Positions 1 through 8,926 of a stretch of 56,857 nucleotides of DNA are shown here, in pieces. This stretch comes from Elusimicrobiota bacterium (GTDB lineage: Bacteria; Elusimicrobiota; Elusimicrobia; Elusimicrobiales; UBA9959), in the NCBI GenBank assembly GCA_018829985.1, contig JAHJSU010000333.1, positions 1 to 56,857 of the forward strand. Reading direction: 5' to 3'. Each line of letters starts with the position of its first letter. Positions within the stretch are counted from its first letter, which is position 1. A program made the position numbers and the translations under genes. Under the pieces are notes generated by a model that was not told the DNA's origin, ran no database searches, and saw only the letters and a program-made list of their open reading frames with translations.

Positions 1-157
1 AAAGGCGCAAAGGCGCAAAAAAACAGATGCATGCCCGCTTTTCTTTGCGAGCTTTGCGGCTTTGCGCGAGACAAGACAGGCCTGTAGTTACATTTTGCGG
101 CCAAAGGCTAAAAAAGTCAGCCCGAAGGGCCTAATTTAATTTAAAAGGCAACGATAT

Positions 158-469
158 ATGACCAGACTCAAAAAGAAAGACATGGTGATGGTGATAACGG
201 GCAAAGATAAGGGCAAAAAGGGCGAGATAAAAGAGGTGCTGCCCGAGGACGACAGGGTGATCGTGATGGGGATCAATATAGTCTCCAAGCACAAGCGTCC
301 GTCAAAGGATAAGCCCGGCGGCATCCACAAACTTGAAGCCCCCATGCATGTTTCAAACGTGCAGCTGATCTGCCCCAAGTGCACCAAGCCGGTGAAGGTT
401 AAAGTCGCCAAAATGCAGTCCGGCGACAAGCTGCGCGCCTGCCGCAAATGCGGAGAAGCGATACTGTAA
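158..469 (+). CDS. rplX: 50S ribosomal protein L24 (Zn-ribbon form)
   Basis: 103-aa ORF. KOW-like N-terminus (MVMVITGKDKGKKGEI) and C-terminal CPKC...CRKC pair. Sits upstream of L5. Confidence 0.93.
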   Translation: MTRLKKKDMVMVITGKDKGKKGEIKEVLPEDDRVIVMGINIVSKHKRPSKDKPGGIHKLEAPMHVSNVQLICPKCTKPVKVKVAKMQSGDKLRACRKCGEAIL

Positions 470-472
470 AAC

Positions 473-555
473 GCAGATGATCACAGATGAACAGACGCAG
501 ATTATCGCAGATAACATTTGCGTTCATCTGCCCCTAATCTGCGGTTATCTGTGTG
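473..555. repeat. Word-hairpin (CAGATnn words), rplX-rplE spacer
   Basis: Left arm GCAGATGATCACAGATGAACAGACGCAGATTATCGCAGATAAC vs right arm GTTCATCTG..AATCTGCGGTTATCTGTG. Confidence 0.75.
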
Positions 556-574
556 TTCAAAGAGGTGTTCCAAA

Positions 575-1237
575 ATGATGAAGGATAACAAGGAAATCAG
601 GAAGGGCAAAGAGCCGAGAGACCACAAGGAAGCCAAAGAGGCCAAGGAAACGGTAAAATACGGCAACGTGATGCCCAAGGACTACACGCCGAGGCTTAAG
701 ACGGCGTATCTCCAGAAAATAGTCCCCGCCATTATGAAGGACCTGTCCCTCGGGTCTCCGATGGCCGTGCCCAGGATGACGAAGATAGTCATCAATATCG
801 GAGTAGGCGAGGCCAAGGAGAACATCCAGGCGCTGGACCTTGCCAAGGAAGACCTGACCCAGATAGCCGGCCAGGCGCCGCAGATCAGAAGGGCCAAGAA
901 GTCCATTTCCAATTTCAAATTGAGGCAGGGCATGCCGATAGCCGTAAGGGTCACCCTGCGCGGGGCCATGATGTACGAGTTCTTCGACAGGTTCGTGTCC
1001 CTGTCAGTGCCCAGGATACGCGATTTCCAGGGATTGGACCCGAAGTTATTCGACGGCCGCGGCAATCTGAACATAGGCCTGAAGGAACATCACATTTTCC
1101 CGGAAATTAACGTTGAAAAATCGCCCAAGGCCCGCGGCATGAACATCACCTTTGTCACCACGGCCGGCAGCGACGATAAAGCCAAGGCGCTGCTGGAGTA
1201 CCTGGGCATGCCTTTTAAAAAGGCGGCGAATAAATAG
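575..1237 (+). CDS. rplE: 50S ribosomal protein L5 with a Lys/Glu-rich N-terminal extension
   Basis: Conserved L5 core (RLKTAYLQKIVP...MAVPRMTKIVINIGVGEA...HIFPEI). ATG 575 follows AGAGG at 561-565. ATG 671 would give the canonical length but has no RBS. Confidence 0.9.
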   Translation: MMKDNKEIRKGKEPRDHKEAKEAKETVKYGNVMPKDYTPRLKTAYLQKIVPAIMKDLSLGSPMAVPRMTKIVINIGVGEAKENIQALDLAKEDLTQIAGQAPQIRRAKKSISNFKLRQGMPIAVRVTLRGAMMYEFFDRFVSLSVPRIRDFQGLDPKLFDGRGNLNIGLKEHHIFPEINVEKSPKARGMNITFVTTAGSDDKAKALLEYLGMPFKKAANK

Positions 1238-1456
1238 TCGATAGTGGAGAGTAAATAGAACGGAAGTCTAAAGTAATAACGCAAGTCGAGAGTGGAGAGT
1301 CTAGAGTAACTAGAACATAAGTCTAAAGTCGAGAGTAAGTAAAACAGAAGTCTAAAGTAATAAAATAATGTTTCCGCACTTTAGACTCTAGACTTTCGAC
1401 TTTAGACTATCGACCCTAGACTCTACACTTTAGACTCTAGACTTTAGACTTTACAC
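1238..1456. repeat. Word-hairpin (AGTCTAA/AGTGGAG words), rplE-rpsZ spacer
   Basis: Purine-rich left arm vs ACTTTAGACT-type right arm. Shares a 26-mer AACGCAAGTCGAGAGTGGAGAGTCTA with 22706-22985. Confidence 0.8.
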
Positions 1457-1476
1457 TGGTTTTTTAGGAGAAAAGA

Positions 1477-1662
1477 ATGGCTACATACGCTTGGATGGCG
1501 AAAATGCGCAAACCCCAGAAGTTTTCCACGCGCTTCAGGAACCGCTGCCAGATATGCGGAAGACCCCGGGGATATTACAGGGATTTTGGCCTTTGCAGAA
1601 TATGTCTCAGAAAGATGGCCCATGAAGGACTGATACCGGGCCTCAAGAAATCCAGCTGGTAG
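1477..1662 (+). CDS. rpsZ: 30S ribosomal protein S14, type Z (zinc-binding)
   Basis: 61 aa with CQICGRP...CRIC motif and C-terminal KKSSW. spc-operon position. Confidence 0.95.
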   Translation: MATYAWMAKMRKPQKFSTRFRNRCQICGRPRGYYRDFGLCRICLRKMAHEGLIPGLKKSSW

Positions 1663-1668
1663 GATAAC

Positions 1669-1790
1669 GGCAGCGAATAGCAAATAGCGAATAGGGAATA
1701 ATGAATGGCGGAGTGGCGAATGGAAAACAGAAAAAATCATCAAAATCCGTATTTCCACCCCTATTCGCTATTCGCTAACCTCTATTCGCC
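1669..1790. repeat. Word-hairpin (GCGAATA words), rpsZ-rpsH spacer
   Basis: GCGAATA-GCAAATA-GCGAATA-GGGAATA.. vs CCCTATTCGCTATTCGCTAACCTCTATTCGCC. Confidence 0.75.
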
Positions 1791-1818
1791 AACGATTTAG
1801 CTTTTCAAAGGAGAAAAA

Positions 1819-2226
1819 ATGGACCCTATATCGAACATGCTGACCGCGATAAGGAATGCGGTGGTAAAAAATAAGGAAAGAGTGGATGTGCCGTTTTCAA
1901 ACATCAAAGCGTCGGTGGTAAAATTGCTTAAGGACGAGGGTTTTGTGGCCAATTATAAAGTGATAGACCATAAGACCGATAAGAGCATAGACAGGCGAGG
2001 CCTTATCAGGATCACGCTCAAATATACTCAGGACGAAAGACCCGTTATCACCGGCATCAAAAGAGTCTCCAAGCCCAGCTTGAGGATATACCGCCCGTAT
2101 GACGCCATCCCGAAGGTCCGGGCTGCGTTCGGCGTGAGCATCCTGTCCACTTCCCGGGGCCTTATGACCGATTCGCAGGCCAAAAAACAGAAAATCGGCG
2201 GAGAAGTGCTCTGTCAGGTGTGGTAA
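1819..2226 (+). CDS. rpsH: 30S ribosomal protein S8
   Basis: MDPISNMLTAIRNA start and C-terminal GGEVLCQVW. Synteny. Confidence 0.95.
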   Translation: MDPISNMLTAIRNAVVKNKERVDVPFSNIKASVVKLLKDEGFVANYKVIDHKTDKSIDRRGLIRITLKYTQDERPVITGIKRVSKPSLRIYRPYDAIPKVRAAFGVSILSTSRGLMTDSQAKKQKIGGEVLCQVW

Positions 2227-2355
2227 GGGAGTAATTGAGCGATTAAGTGATCGAGAGAGTAAGTTTGCCGTTTAAGAGAAATTTTTAAAAACTAAATTGC
2301 TTAATCACTGTTTCCTTAATCACCAGAACGAAAAAATTGATAAGAGGTAATGCTT

Positions 2356-2925
2356 ATGAGCAGAATCGGAAGGAAACCGGTGGTAGTGCCTGAAAAAGTA
2401 AAGGCCAGAATAGAAAACAGGACGGTTTTCGTGGAAGGCCCTCTGGGCAAGCTTTCCTACGGCCTTCCTGACGGCATTAATGCCGAGGTGAAAGAAGGCG
2501 GGATAAATCTGAGCGTGGCCGGCGGCGCCGTCGGCAAAGGCGCCCTTTACGGCACCACGAGAGCCAGAATAAACAACATGGTCAGCGGCGTTACCGGCGG
2601 TTTCGCCAAAGCGCTCGAGATCAGCGGCGTCGGCTTTAAAGGCGCCGTGGAAGGCGCCAAGCTTACCATGCAACTCGGCTTCTCGCACCCGGTTATCCTT
2701 GACATCCCGCCGGGCATCACGATGACGTTCGATCCCAAAGCGGTCGTGCTGACCATCAGCGGCATAGACAAGGAAATGGTGGGAAACCTTGCGGCCCAGA
2801 TAAAAAGGATAAGGCCCCCCGAGCCGTACCAGGGCACCGGAATAAAGTACAAGGGGGAGCACATCATCCGCAAAGCCGGCAAGACCGCTGCCGGAGCGGG
2901 CGCAGGCGGCGTTACAGCGAAATAA
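2356..2925 (+). CDS. rplF: 50S ribosomal protein L6
   Basis: MSRIGRKPV start, 8 nt after AAGAGG. ...EPYQGTGIKYKGE motif. The ORF track starts 6 nt earlier, at 2350. Confidence 0.93.
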   Translation: MSRIGRKPVVVPEKVKARIENRTVFVEGPLGKLSYGLPDGINAEVKEGGINLSVAGGAVGKGALYGTTRARINNMVSGVTGGFAKALEISGVGFKGAVEGAKLTMQLGFSHPVILDIPPGITMTFDPKAVVLTISGIDKEMVGNLAAQIKRIRPPEPYQGTGIKYKGEHIIRKAGKTAAGAGAGGVTAK

Positions 2926-2961
2926 AGTTTATTACATATTCACCGAGGAAAACGACCATAT

Positions 2962-3324
2962 ATGATCAGCAAACAGGATAAATACCAATTCAGAAAAGAT
3001 CGCACCAGGAAAAACCTGCTGGCCGGCGGTATGAGCAGGCCGCGGCTTAGTGTTTACAGGAGCGACAAGTACCTCTACGCGCAGGTCGTCGACGACGCCA
3101 AAGGCCTGACCCTTGCCGCGGCGTCCAGTGTGGAGAAGGAACTTAAAGGCAGTATCAAGTCCGGCAAAAATGTGGAAGCCGCCAAAGCAATCGGGGCGCT
3201 TGTGGCCAAACGGGCCATGGAGAAAGGCGTCACGGAAGTCCGCTTCGACAAGGGCGGCCGGATATATCACGGCAGGATCAAGGCTCTTGCCGACGCCGCC
3301 AGGGCGGCAGGGCTTAAGTTTTAA
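2962..3324 (+). CDS. rplR: 50S ribosomal protein L18
   Basis: 120 aa; RLSVYRSDKYLYAQVVDD...FDKGGRIYHGRIKALADAAR. Confidence 0.95.
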   Translation: MISKQDKYQFRKDRTRKNLLAGGMSRPRLSVYRSDKYLYAQVVDDAKGLTLAAASSVEKELKGSIKSGKNVEAAKAIGALVAKRAMEKGVTEVRFDKGGRIYHGRIKALADAARAAGLKF

Positions 3325-3416
3325 GGTGAAGGATTAAGTAGTAAGTGGTAAGGAATAAGTTACAAAGAGATAAGGAGTTTAAAACTTATCACTTAATCCT
3401 TACCGCTTAATCCTTA
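3325..3416. repeat. Word-hairpin (TAAGnnn words), rplR-rpsE spacer
   Basis: GGATTAAGTAGTAAGTGGTAAGGAATAAG vs CTTATCACTTAATCCTTACCGCTTAATCCTTA. Confidence 0.75.
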
Positions 3417-3435
3417 TAATTACGGAGAATCCATA

Positions 3436-3987
3436 ATGCTTAAAAACCAGAAACAACTGAAAACCGCGAAAGAACTCAACGCCGACGGCTCGGTCAAGGT
3501 GGAAGCGGAAATACTTGAGATAGAGGCCGCGCTCCCGGAGGAAAAGACCGTGGTCGTCGCCATCAACAGGGTTACCAAGGTCGTCAAAGGCGGCAAAAGA
3601 TTCTCTTTTAACGCGCTGGTCGTGGTGGGCGACGGCGCCGGTTCGGTCGGCGTCGCGCTGGGCAAGTCCAACGAGGTGCAGGTCGCCATACAGAAGGCCT
3701 CTTCCGCGGCCAGAAAAGAAATGATGAGTTTTCCGCTGTCAGGAACCACGATCCCGCACGAGGTGGAAGGTCATTTCGGCGCCGGACATGTGTGGATGAA
3801 GCCCGCCGTGGGCGGCACCGGCCTGATAGCAGGCGGCGGGGTCAGGGCGGTCCTTGAAGCCGGCGGCGTCAAGAACATCCTGACCAAGAATCTCGGCACG
3901 AGAAATTCGTTCAACACCGTCTACGCCACGCTTGACGCCCTGTGGCGGCTGAGGAGCCGGGAAGAAGTTTTAAAGATGAGAAGATAG
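3436..3987 (+). CDS. rpsE: 30S ribosomal protein S5 (with N-terminal extension)
   Basis: [25 protein letters not shown] core. Synteny. Confidence 0.93.
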   Translation: MLKNQKQLKTAKELNADGSVKVEAEILEIEAALPEEKTVVVAINRVTKVVKGGKRFSFNALVVVGDGAGSVGVALGKSNEVQVAIQKASSAARKEMMSFPLSGTTIPHEVEGHFGAGHVWMKPAVGGTGLIAGGGVRAVLEAGGVKNILTKNLGTRNSFNTVYATLDALWRLRSREEVLKMRR

Positions 3988-4112
3988 CGGTCAAAGTATG
4001 CTTGACGGCTGGACAGCTAGACAGCTGGACGGCCATAAGGTCTGTAAACCTTAAAAAGCCGCCAAGCCGCCTAGCTGCCTGGCATACTTTAAGTCGTACT
4101 AGGAGAAACGAT

Positions 4113-4565
4113 ATGATAGGTCTAAACAATCTGCGGCCCAAACCCGGTTCTTTTCATAAGAGAAAAAGACTTGGGCTAGGCCAGGGTTCCGGGCATGGCC
4201 AGACCTCCACAAAGGGCCAGAAGGGCCAGAACGCCACCGCCGGCAGCTCAAAGCGCGACGGTTTTGAAGGCGGCCAGATGCCGCTGCTGCGGCGCATTCC
4301 CAAAAGCGGGTTCAGCAACACCAGGTTCAGGACTGTGTACGAATGGATAAACGTCTCGGTCCTTGAAAAACACTTCGCCGGCGGCGCCGAAGTGACCCCC
4401 GAGATACTGGTCTCTAAAAGGCTGATAAAAAAAGGCGACCTTCTTAAGGTCCTGGGCGACGGAGACTTTACAAAATCTCTGACCGTGCATGCCCACGCTT
4501 TTTCCGCGTCCGCCAGGGAAAAGATAGAAAAAGCCGGCGGGAAAGCCGAATTGATCGTCAAATAG
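4113..4565 (+). CDS. rplO: 50S ribosomal protein L15
   Basis: MIGLNNLRPKPGS...GRGQGSGHGQTSTKGQKGQ. AGGAG at 4101-4105. The longer track ORF from 3942 overlaps rpsE and was rejected. Confidence 0.93.
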   Translation: MIGLNNLRPKPGSFHKRKRLGLGQGSGHGQTSTKGQKGQNATAGSSKRDGFEGGQMPLLRRIPKSGFSNTRFRTVYEWINVSVLEKHFAGGAEVTPEILVSKRLIKKGDLLKVLGDGDFTKSLTVHAHAFSASAREKIEKAGGKAELIVK

Positions 4566-4611
4566 TTAGTCCTGCCCGCCACACATCTTCGGCGGGTCCG
4601 CCAAGGCTGTA

Positions 4612-5985
4612 ATGGCGGAAAAAACTGAGGACCAACTATTAAATAACGGGGAAAAAATGCAATCATTAACGGACTTATTCAAGATTCAGGACCTCAAGAA
4701 AAGAATATTATTCGTTATCGGGGCGCTGGCCGTTTACAGGCTTGGCGCCGTTATCCCGATCCCCGGCATCAACACCGCGGCCCTGCAGGCCATATTTCAG
4801 TCCCAGCAGGGCAGCTTGCTGGGATTCCTGGATATTTTCTCAGGCGGGGCGCTTAGCAGGTTCTCCATCTTCTCATTGGGCGTCATGCCTTACATCAACG
4901 CCTCCATCATAATGAGCCTGGTGCAGGGAGCGCATATCTTCCCGCTCCTCGACCATCTCCAGAAAGAAGGCGAATCCGGCCGTAAGAAGATCACGCAGTT
5001 CACCAGGGTGTTCACGCTTTTTCTGGCCGCTTTCCAATCGCTGGGCCTGACCATAGCCCTGACCAAGATGTCGCCGGCCGGCGGGGCTCCGATAGCGCCC
5101 AATGCCGATTTCATGTTCTACTTCGTTACCGTGCTTACGCTTACCACCGGCACTGTCTTCGTCATGTGGCTCGGCGAGCAGATAACCGAGCGCGGCATAG
5201 GCAATGGTATCTCACTCATTATATTCGCCGGCATTGTGGGCGGACTGCCCAGCGCCATTGCGAGCATGGTGAAACTGGTGCAGATAGAGGAAATAAGCCT
5301 GCTTACCGGGCTGACGATAATTGCCGTAGTGATGCTGGTCGTCGGATTTGTCGTGTGGGTGGAAACCGCGCAGCGCAAGATCCCCATCCAGTACGCGCAG
5401 CGCCAGGTGGGACGCAAAACGTACGGCGGGGTCAGCACTTTCCTGCCGCTTAAAGTGGACCAGTCCGGCGTTATCGCCGTTATTTTCGCGGTCTCGCTCA
5501 TAAGCGTGCCTTATACCATAACCCAGTTCAATCCCAACGCCGTCTGGGCGCAGACGGTTATGTCTTTCATGGACCACGGTAATATGGTTTACCAGCTTAT
5601 GTACGTGGCGCTTATTGTCTTTTTCTGTTACTTTTACAACTCGGTCAGCATCAACCCCAAGGATCTGGCCGAGAACATGAAGAAGTGGGGCGGATTTATC
5701 CCCGGCATCAGGCCGGGCGAGCCCACGGCTCATTACATAGAATGGGTGATGAACAGAATAACGCTGGGCGGCGCTCTTTTTGTGGCCATGATAGCGGTCC
5801 TTCCCGATTATATGCGGGACAAATTCAATGTGCCGTTTTACTTCGGCGGCACGTCGCTGTTGATAGTGGTCGGCGTCGCGCTGGACACGGTTGCCCAGAC
5901 GGAAGCCCACCTTATAATGAGGAATTACGAAGGTTTCTACAAGAACTCCAAGATCAAAGGCCGCTGGTTCAACGTGGGGAGTTAA
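4612..5985 (+). CDS. secY: Preprotein translocase subunit SecY
   Basis: Multi-TM protein with SecY motifs (SIFSLGVMPYINASII, GEQITERGIGNGISLIIF). Alternative start at ATG 4657. Confidence 0.93.
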   Translation: MAEKTEDQLLNNGEKMQSLTDLFKIQDLKKRILFVIGALAVYRLGAVIPIPGINTAALQAIFQSQQGSLLGFLDIFSGGALSRFSIFSLGVMPYINASIIMSLVQGAHIFPLLDHLQKEGESGRKKITQFTRVFTLFLAAFQSLGLTIALTKMSPAGGAPIAPNADFMFYFVTVLTLTTGTVFVMWLGEQITERGIGNGISLIIFAGIVGGLPSAIASMVKLVQIEEISLLTGLTIIAVVMLVVGFVVWVETAQRKIPIQYAQRQVGRKTYGGVSTFLPLKVDQSGVIAVIFAVSLISVPYTITQFNPNAVWAQTVMSFMDHGNMVYQLMYVALIVFFCYFYNSVSINPKDLAENMKKWGGFIPGIRPGEPTAHYIEWVMNRITLGGALFVAMIAVLPDYMRDKFNVPFYFGGTSLLIVVGVALDTVAQTEAHLIMRNYEGFYKNSKIKGRWFNVGS

Positions 5986-6174
5986 TCCGAAAATTGCGGT
6001 TGAAATCGGTTCCCCCAAGCCTGGGGGTAATATCCAAGGCAATTTTCGGAAGGCTAAAGGATAAAGGCTTAAGGATGAAGGCAAGACACGGCGAATACAA
6101 GGGCTTTTTTTCGCCCTTTAGCCTTTATCCCTCATCCTTTATCCTTCCCGAAAAATTCAACTGAATTTTCCGGG
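5986..6174. repeat. Composite three-hairpin element (CCGAAAATTGC / AGGnTnA heptamers / CCCGAAAAATT), copy 1
   Basis: Hairpin 1 is CCGAAAATTGC..GCAATTTTCGG. Hairpin 2 is AGGCTAA-AGGATAA-AGGCTTA-AGGATGA.. vs CCTTTAGCCTTTATCCCTCATCCTTTATCCTT. Hairpin 3 is CCCGAAAAATTCAACTGAATTTTCCGGG. Confidence 0.85.
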
Positions 6175-6192
6175 TTAACGGAGGTGATGGGC

Positions 6193-6840
6193 ATGAATAT
6201 CGTTCTTTTGGGGTATCCCGGCTCGGGCAAAGGCACGCAGGCGAAAGCCTTGAGCGAAAAATTTTCGCTTTTTCATATCTCGACCGGCGATATTTTCAGG
6301 GAAGCTATCGCCGCGAACGCCCCGCTGGGTCTGGAAGTCGCCGACTATCTCGCGGCGGGCCGGCTGGTCCCGGATAAGCTTGTGCTGGAGATAATAAAAG
6401 ACAGAATCTCCACTGAAACCAGGGGGCTTCTGTTCGACGGATTCCCGAGGACTGTGGACCAGGCCCAGGGCCTGGACGATTATTTTACCGCCAGAAATCA
6501 GGCTGTGGACGCGGCGCTGTTTCTTGACGTGGATGAGGAAGAAGTGGTCCAAAGGCTCGGTTCCAGGCGCACGTGTCCCAAATGCCGGAAGATATACAAT
6601 CTGCTTTCTTCTCCGCCGCTCAAAGAAGGGCTCTGCGACGGCTGCGGCGGAAAGCTTGTACTGCGCGAAGACGATAAGCCTGAAGTGATCCACAGGCGGC
6701 TCGGCGTTTACAAGGACCAGACAGAGCCGCTCATCGCTTACTACAAGGGTATCGGGACTTTTCATAGCGTCAAAGGCGGCAGGGCTCCGGAGGAAGTTGC
6801 GGCCGAGATTTCGGCCATTCTGGGGAACAGAATTGCGTGA
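6193..6840 (+). CDS. adk: Adenylate kinase (zinc-lid type)
   Basis: P-loop GYPGSGKGT and lid CPKC...CDGC. GGAGG lies 8-9 nt upstream of ATG 6193. Confidence 0.93.
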   Translation: MNIVLLGYPGSGKGTQAKALSEKFSLFHISTGDIFREAIAANAPLGLEVADYLAAGRLVPDKLVLEIIKDRISTETRGLLFDGFPRTVDQAQGLDDYFTARNQAVDAALFLDVDEEEVVQRLGSRRTCPKCRKIYNLLSSPPLKEGLCDGCGGKLVLREDDKPEVIHRRLGVYKDQTEPLIAYYKGIGTFHSVKGGRAPEEVAAEISAILGNRIA

Positions 6841-7029
6841 ATGGGTAACGGCTCACCACAGAGGCACGGAGAGCACGGAGTTTTCTCCGCCGAAGGCGGA
6901 CCCCCGCCAATACAACTCGGCGGGCGCAGCGCCGGGCTGTTTGGCGGGCACGGAGTTTTTTCCTCGGTGTTTCTCTGTGTTCTCCGTGTCTCCGTGGTTT
7001 TGTACTATCTCTTTTATTGCTGAGTAGTT
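6841..7029. repeat. Diverged MITE-B-like hairpin with nested REP units (adk-map spacer)
   Basis: Left end GGTAACGGCTCACCACAGAGGCACGGAGAGCACGGAG. Right end CTCCGTGTCTCCGTGG...GCTGAGTAGTTA abuts the map ATG. REP units CCGCCGAAGGCGGA etc. sit in the loop. Confidence 0.55.
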
Positions 7030-7791
7030 ATGAACATGGTGGAAATTAAAACCGCCGCCGAGCTTGACAAAATAAGGCAGGCGTCAAAGATAGTGGCCCG
7101 GACGCTGGCGCTTTTAAAGAACAATATCCGGTCCGGCGTTTCCACCGCCTATTTGAACGCTCTGGCGGAGAGCGAGATCAGAAAAAATAACGCAGTCCCG
7201 GCCTTTCTCGGTTACCGTGGTTATCCCGCAACGCTTTGCGTGTCCATAAACGAGGAAGTGGTTCACGGCATGCCAAACGCCCGGCGGTTTTTGAAAAACG
7301 GGGATGTGGTAAGCCTGGACCTCGGAGTTGTTTACGCGGATTTTTACGGCGACGCGGCCGTGACGGTGGCGGTCGGCGAAGTGAAGCCCGAGTGTTCCAG
7401 GCTGATTTCGGTCACGGAACAGTCCCTTGCCAGGGCTGTTTCAACCGTTAAAAACGGCGCGTGCCTGGGGGATGTGTGTTACGCGGTGGAAAGTTTTGTG
7501 GTTCAAAAAGGGATGTCCGTGGTCAGGGAATTCACCGGGCACGGCATAGGACGCCGCCTCCATGAGGAGCCGTCCATCCCTAATTACGGCAAACCCGGCT
7601 CGGGCGTAATGCTTAAAGTCGGGATGACGCTTGCCATCGAGCCGATGGTGTGCCTGGGCCGGCCGGAAGTGAGTATAAAAAACGACGGCTGGACGGCCGT
7701 TTCCGTGGACGGCAGCTGCGCGGCGCATTTCGAGCATACGGTGGCCGTGACGGAAAACGGATGCGAAATACTTACTCTGATTCAAGATTGA
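7030..7791 (+). CDS. map: Methionine aminopeptidase, type I
   Basis: FTGHGIGRRLHEEP and AHFEHTV metal-ligand motifs. Synteny. Confidence 0.93.
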   Translation: MNMVEIKTAAELDKIRQASKIVARTLALLKNNIRSGVSTAYLNALAESEIRKNNAVPAFLGYRGYPATLCVSINEEVVHGMPNARRFLKNGDVVSLDLGVVYADFYGDAAVTVAVGEVKPECSRLISVTEQSLARAVSTVKNGACLGDVCYAVESFVVQKGMSVVREFTGHGIGRRLHEEPSIPNYGKPGSGVMLKVGMTLAIEPMVCLGRPEVSIKNDGWTAVSVDGSCAAHFEHTVAVTENGCEILTLIQD

Positions 7792-7854
7792 AGATTCAAG
7801 ATTTAAGATTGCCGGCATCTCCCAATCTTAAATCCGTAATCTTTAATCTTCAAT
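7779..7854. repeat. Word-hairpin (GATTnAA words) whose left arm starts in the last codons of map
   Basis: GATTCAAGATTGAAGATTCAAGATTTAAGATTG vs CAATCTTAAATCCGTAATCTTTAATCTTCAAT. The same word family occurs at 31476-31565. Confidence 0.75.
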
Positions 7855-7890
7855 TACGGTAATATTATTAATTTGATATAATATACGGAT

Positions 7891-8112
7891 ATGCCCGAAA
7901 ACAGCGAAAAGATCGAAGTGGAAGGGATCGTCAAAGAAGCCCTTCCGAACGCCACTTTCAGGGTTGAGATTTCGGCCGGCAAGATAATACTAGGCCATAT
8001 ATCAGGCAAGATGCGCATCAACCATATAAAGATACTTCCGGGCGACAAGGTGAAAATGGAACTTTCACCCTATGATCTGTCCCGGGGCCGGATAGTTTAC
8101 AGGGAAAAGTAA
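7891..8112 (+). CDS. infA: Translation initiation factor IF-1
   Basis: 73 aa; [18 protein letters not shown]...[16 protein letters not shown]1-like fold signature. Confidence 0.95.
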   Translation: MPENSEKIEVEGIVKEALPNATFRVEISAGKIILGHISGKMRINHIKILPGDKVKMELSPYDLSRGRIVYREK

Positions 8113-8278
8113 AAACGGCGCGGTAAAGGATAGCGACGGAAAGCAAGGGAAGGCAAAGGAACGCCATAGAAAGTAAGAGGTTGCGTAAGAATTTCTTCCC
8201 CATTCTTACCTTCAGTTGCCTTCCGCGGCTTTCTGTAGCTTTCAATTGCTGACAGTTACTAATGAGGAGCTTGTTAAA

Positions 8279-8392
8279 ATGAAGGTAAGGGCGAGCGTAA
8301 AAAAAATCTGCAATAAGTGCACGATAGTCAAAAGAAAAGGCGTAGTCAGGGTTATCTGCAAAGATCCCCGCCATAAGCAACGGCAGGGCTAA
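8279..8392 (+). CDS. rpmJ: 50S ribosomal protein L36
   Basis: Hand-translated 37-aa [40 protein letters not shown]. It is below the ORF-track cutoff. GAGGAG RBS at 8264-8269. Confidence 0.92.
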   Translation: MKVRASVKKICNKCTIVKRKGVVRVICKDPRHKQRQG

Positions 8393-8396
8393 TAGG

Positions 8397-8485
8397 CAGT
8401 AACCAGTAATCGGTAACCAGTAAAAAGCGGGCAGCAGACAGATTTTGCGGATTTACCGGTAACCGGTTACTGATTACCGATTACT
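8397..8485. repeat. Word-hairpin (CAGTAAC words), rpmJ-rpsM spacer
   Basis: Phased heptamers CAGTAAC-CAGTAAT-CGGTAAC-CAGTAAA vs TTACCGGTAACCGGTTACTGATTACCGATTACTG. The same family occurs at 9372-9451, 25183-25250 and 26134-26161. Confidence 0.8.
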
Positions 8486-8506
8486 GCAGTATTTTAAGGA
8501 GAAAGT

Positions 8507-8905
8507 ATGGCAAGAATAGCGGGTGTGGATTTACCGAGAGAGAAAAGAATAGACGTTGCGCTTGCGTATGTCTACGGCATAGGCCGGCCCCTGGCCGGTA
8601 AGATACTGGAAAGCCTGAAAAGCCAGGTGGATCCTTCCACCAGGGTCAAAAACCTTACCGAAGACCAGGTCGGCATGCTGAACACGCTGATCTCCAAAGA
8701 ATACAAGGTGGAAGGCGAACTCAGGAGAGAGGAGACCGCCCATATCAAAAGGCACGTCGAAACAGTCAGTTACCGCGGCTACCGCCACAGAAGAGCCCTC
8801 CCGGCCAGGGGCCAGCGCACCAGAACCAACGCCCGGACAAGGCGCGGCAGGAGAAAGACCGTCGGCTCGACGGCAAAAGCTCCGGCCAGACCGGCGGTTA
8901 AATAA
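8507..8905 (+). CDS. rpsM: 30S ribosomal protein S13
   Basis: [14 protein letters not shown] start; [24 protein letters not shown]. Confidence 0.95.
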   Translation: MARIAGVDLPREKRIDVALAYVYGIGRPLAGKILESLKSQVDPSTRVKNLTEDQVGMLNTLISKEYKVEGELRREETAHIKRHVETVSYRGYRHRRALPARGQRTRTNARTRRGRRKTVGSTAKAPARPAVK

Positions 8906-8926
8906 TAGAGGCAGGTAAAATTTACC

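Noticed and set aside
3942-4112. Long N-terminal extension of the L15 ORF in the ORF track (starting at 3942)
   Set aside because: It overlaps the rpsE 3' end and runs through a hairpin spacer. The canonical L15 N-terminus (MIGLNNL) starts at ATG 4113, preceded by AGGAG.
6797-7027. Two 60-76-aa ORFs in the adk-map spacer
   Set aside because: The sequence is a repeat hairpin (a MITE-B-like shell with REP units). The peptides are low-complexity and there is no RBS.
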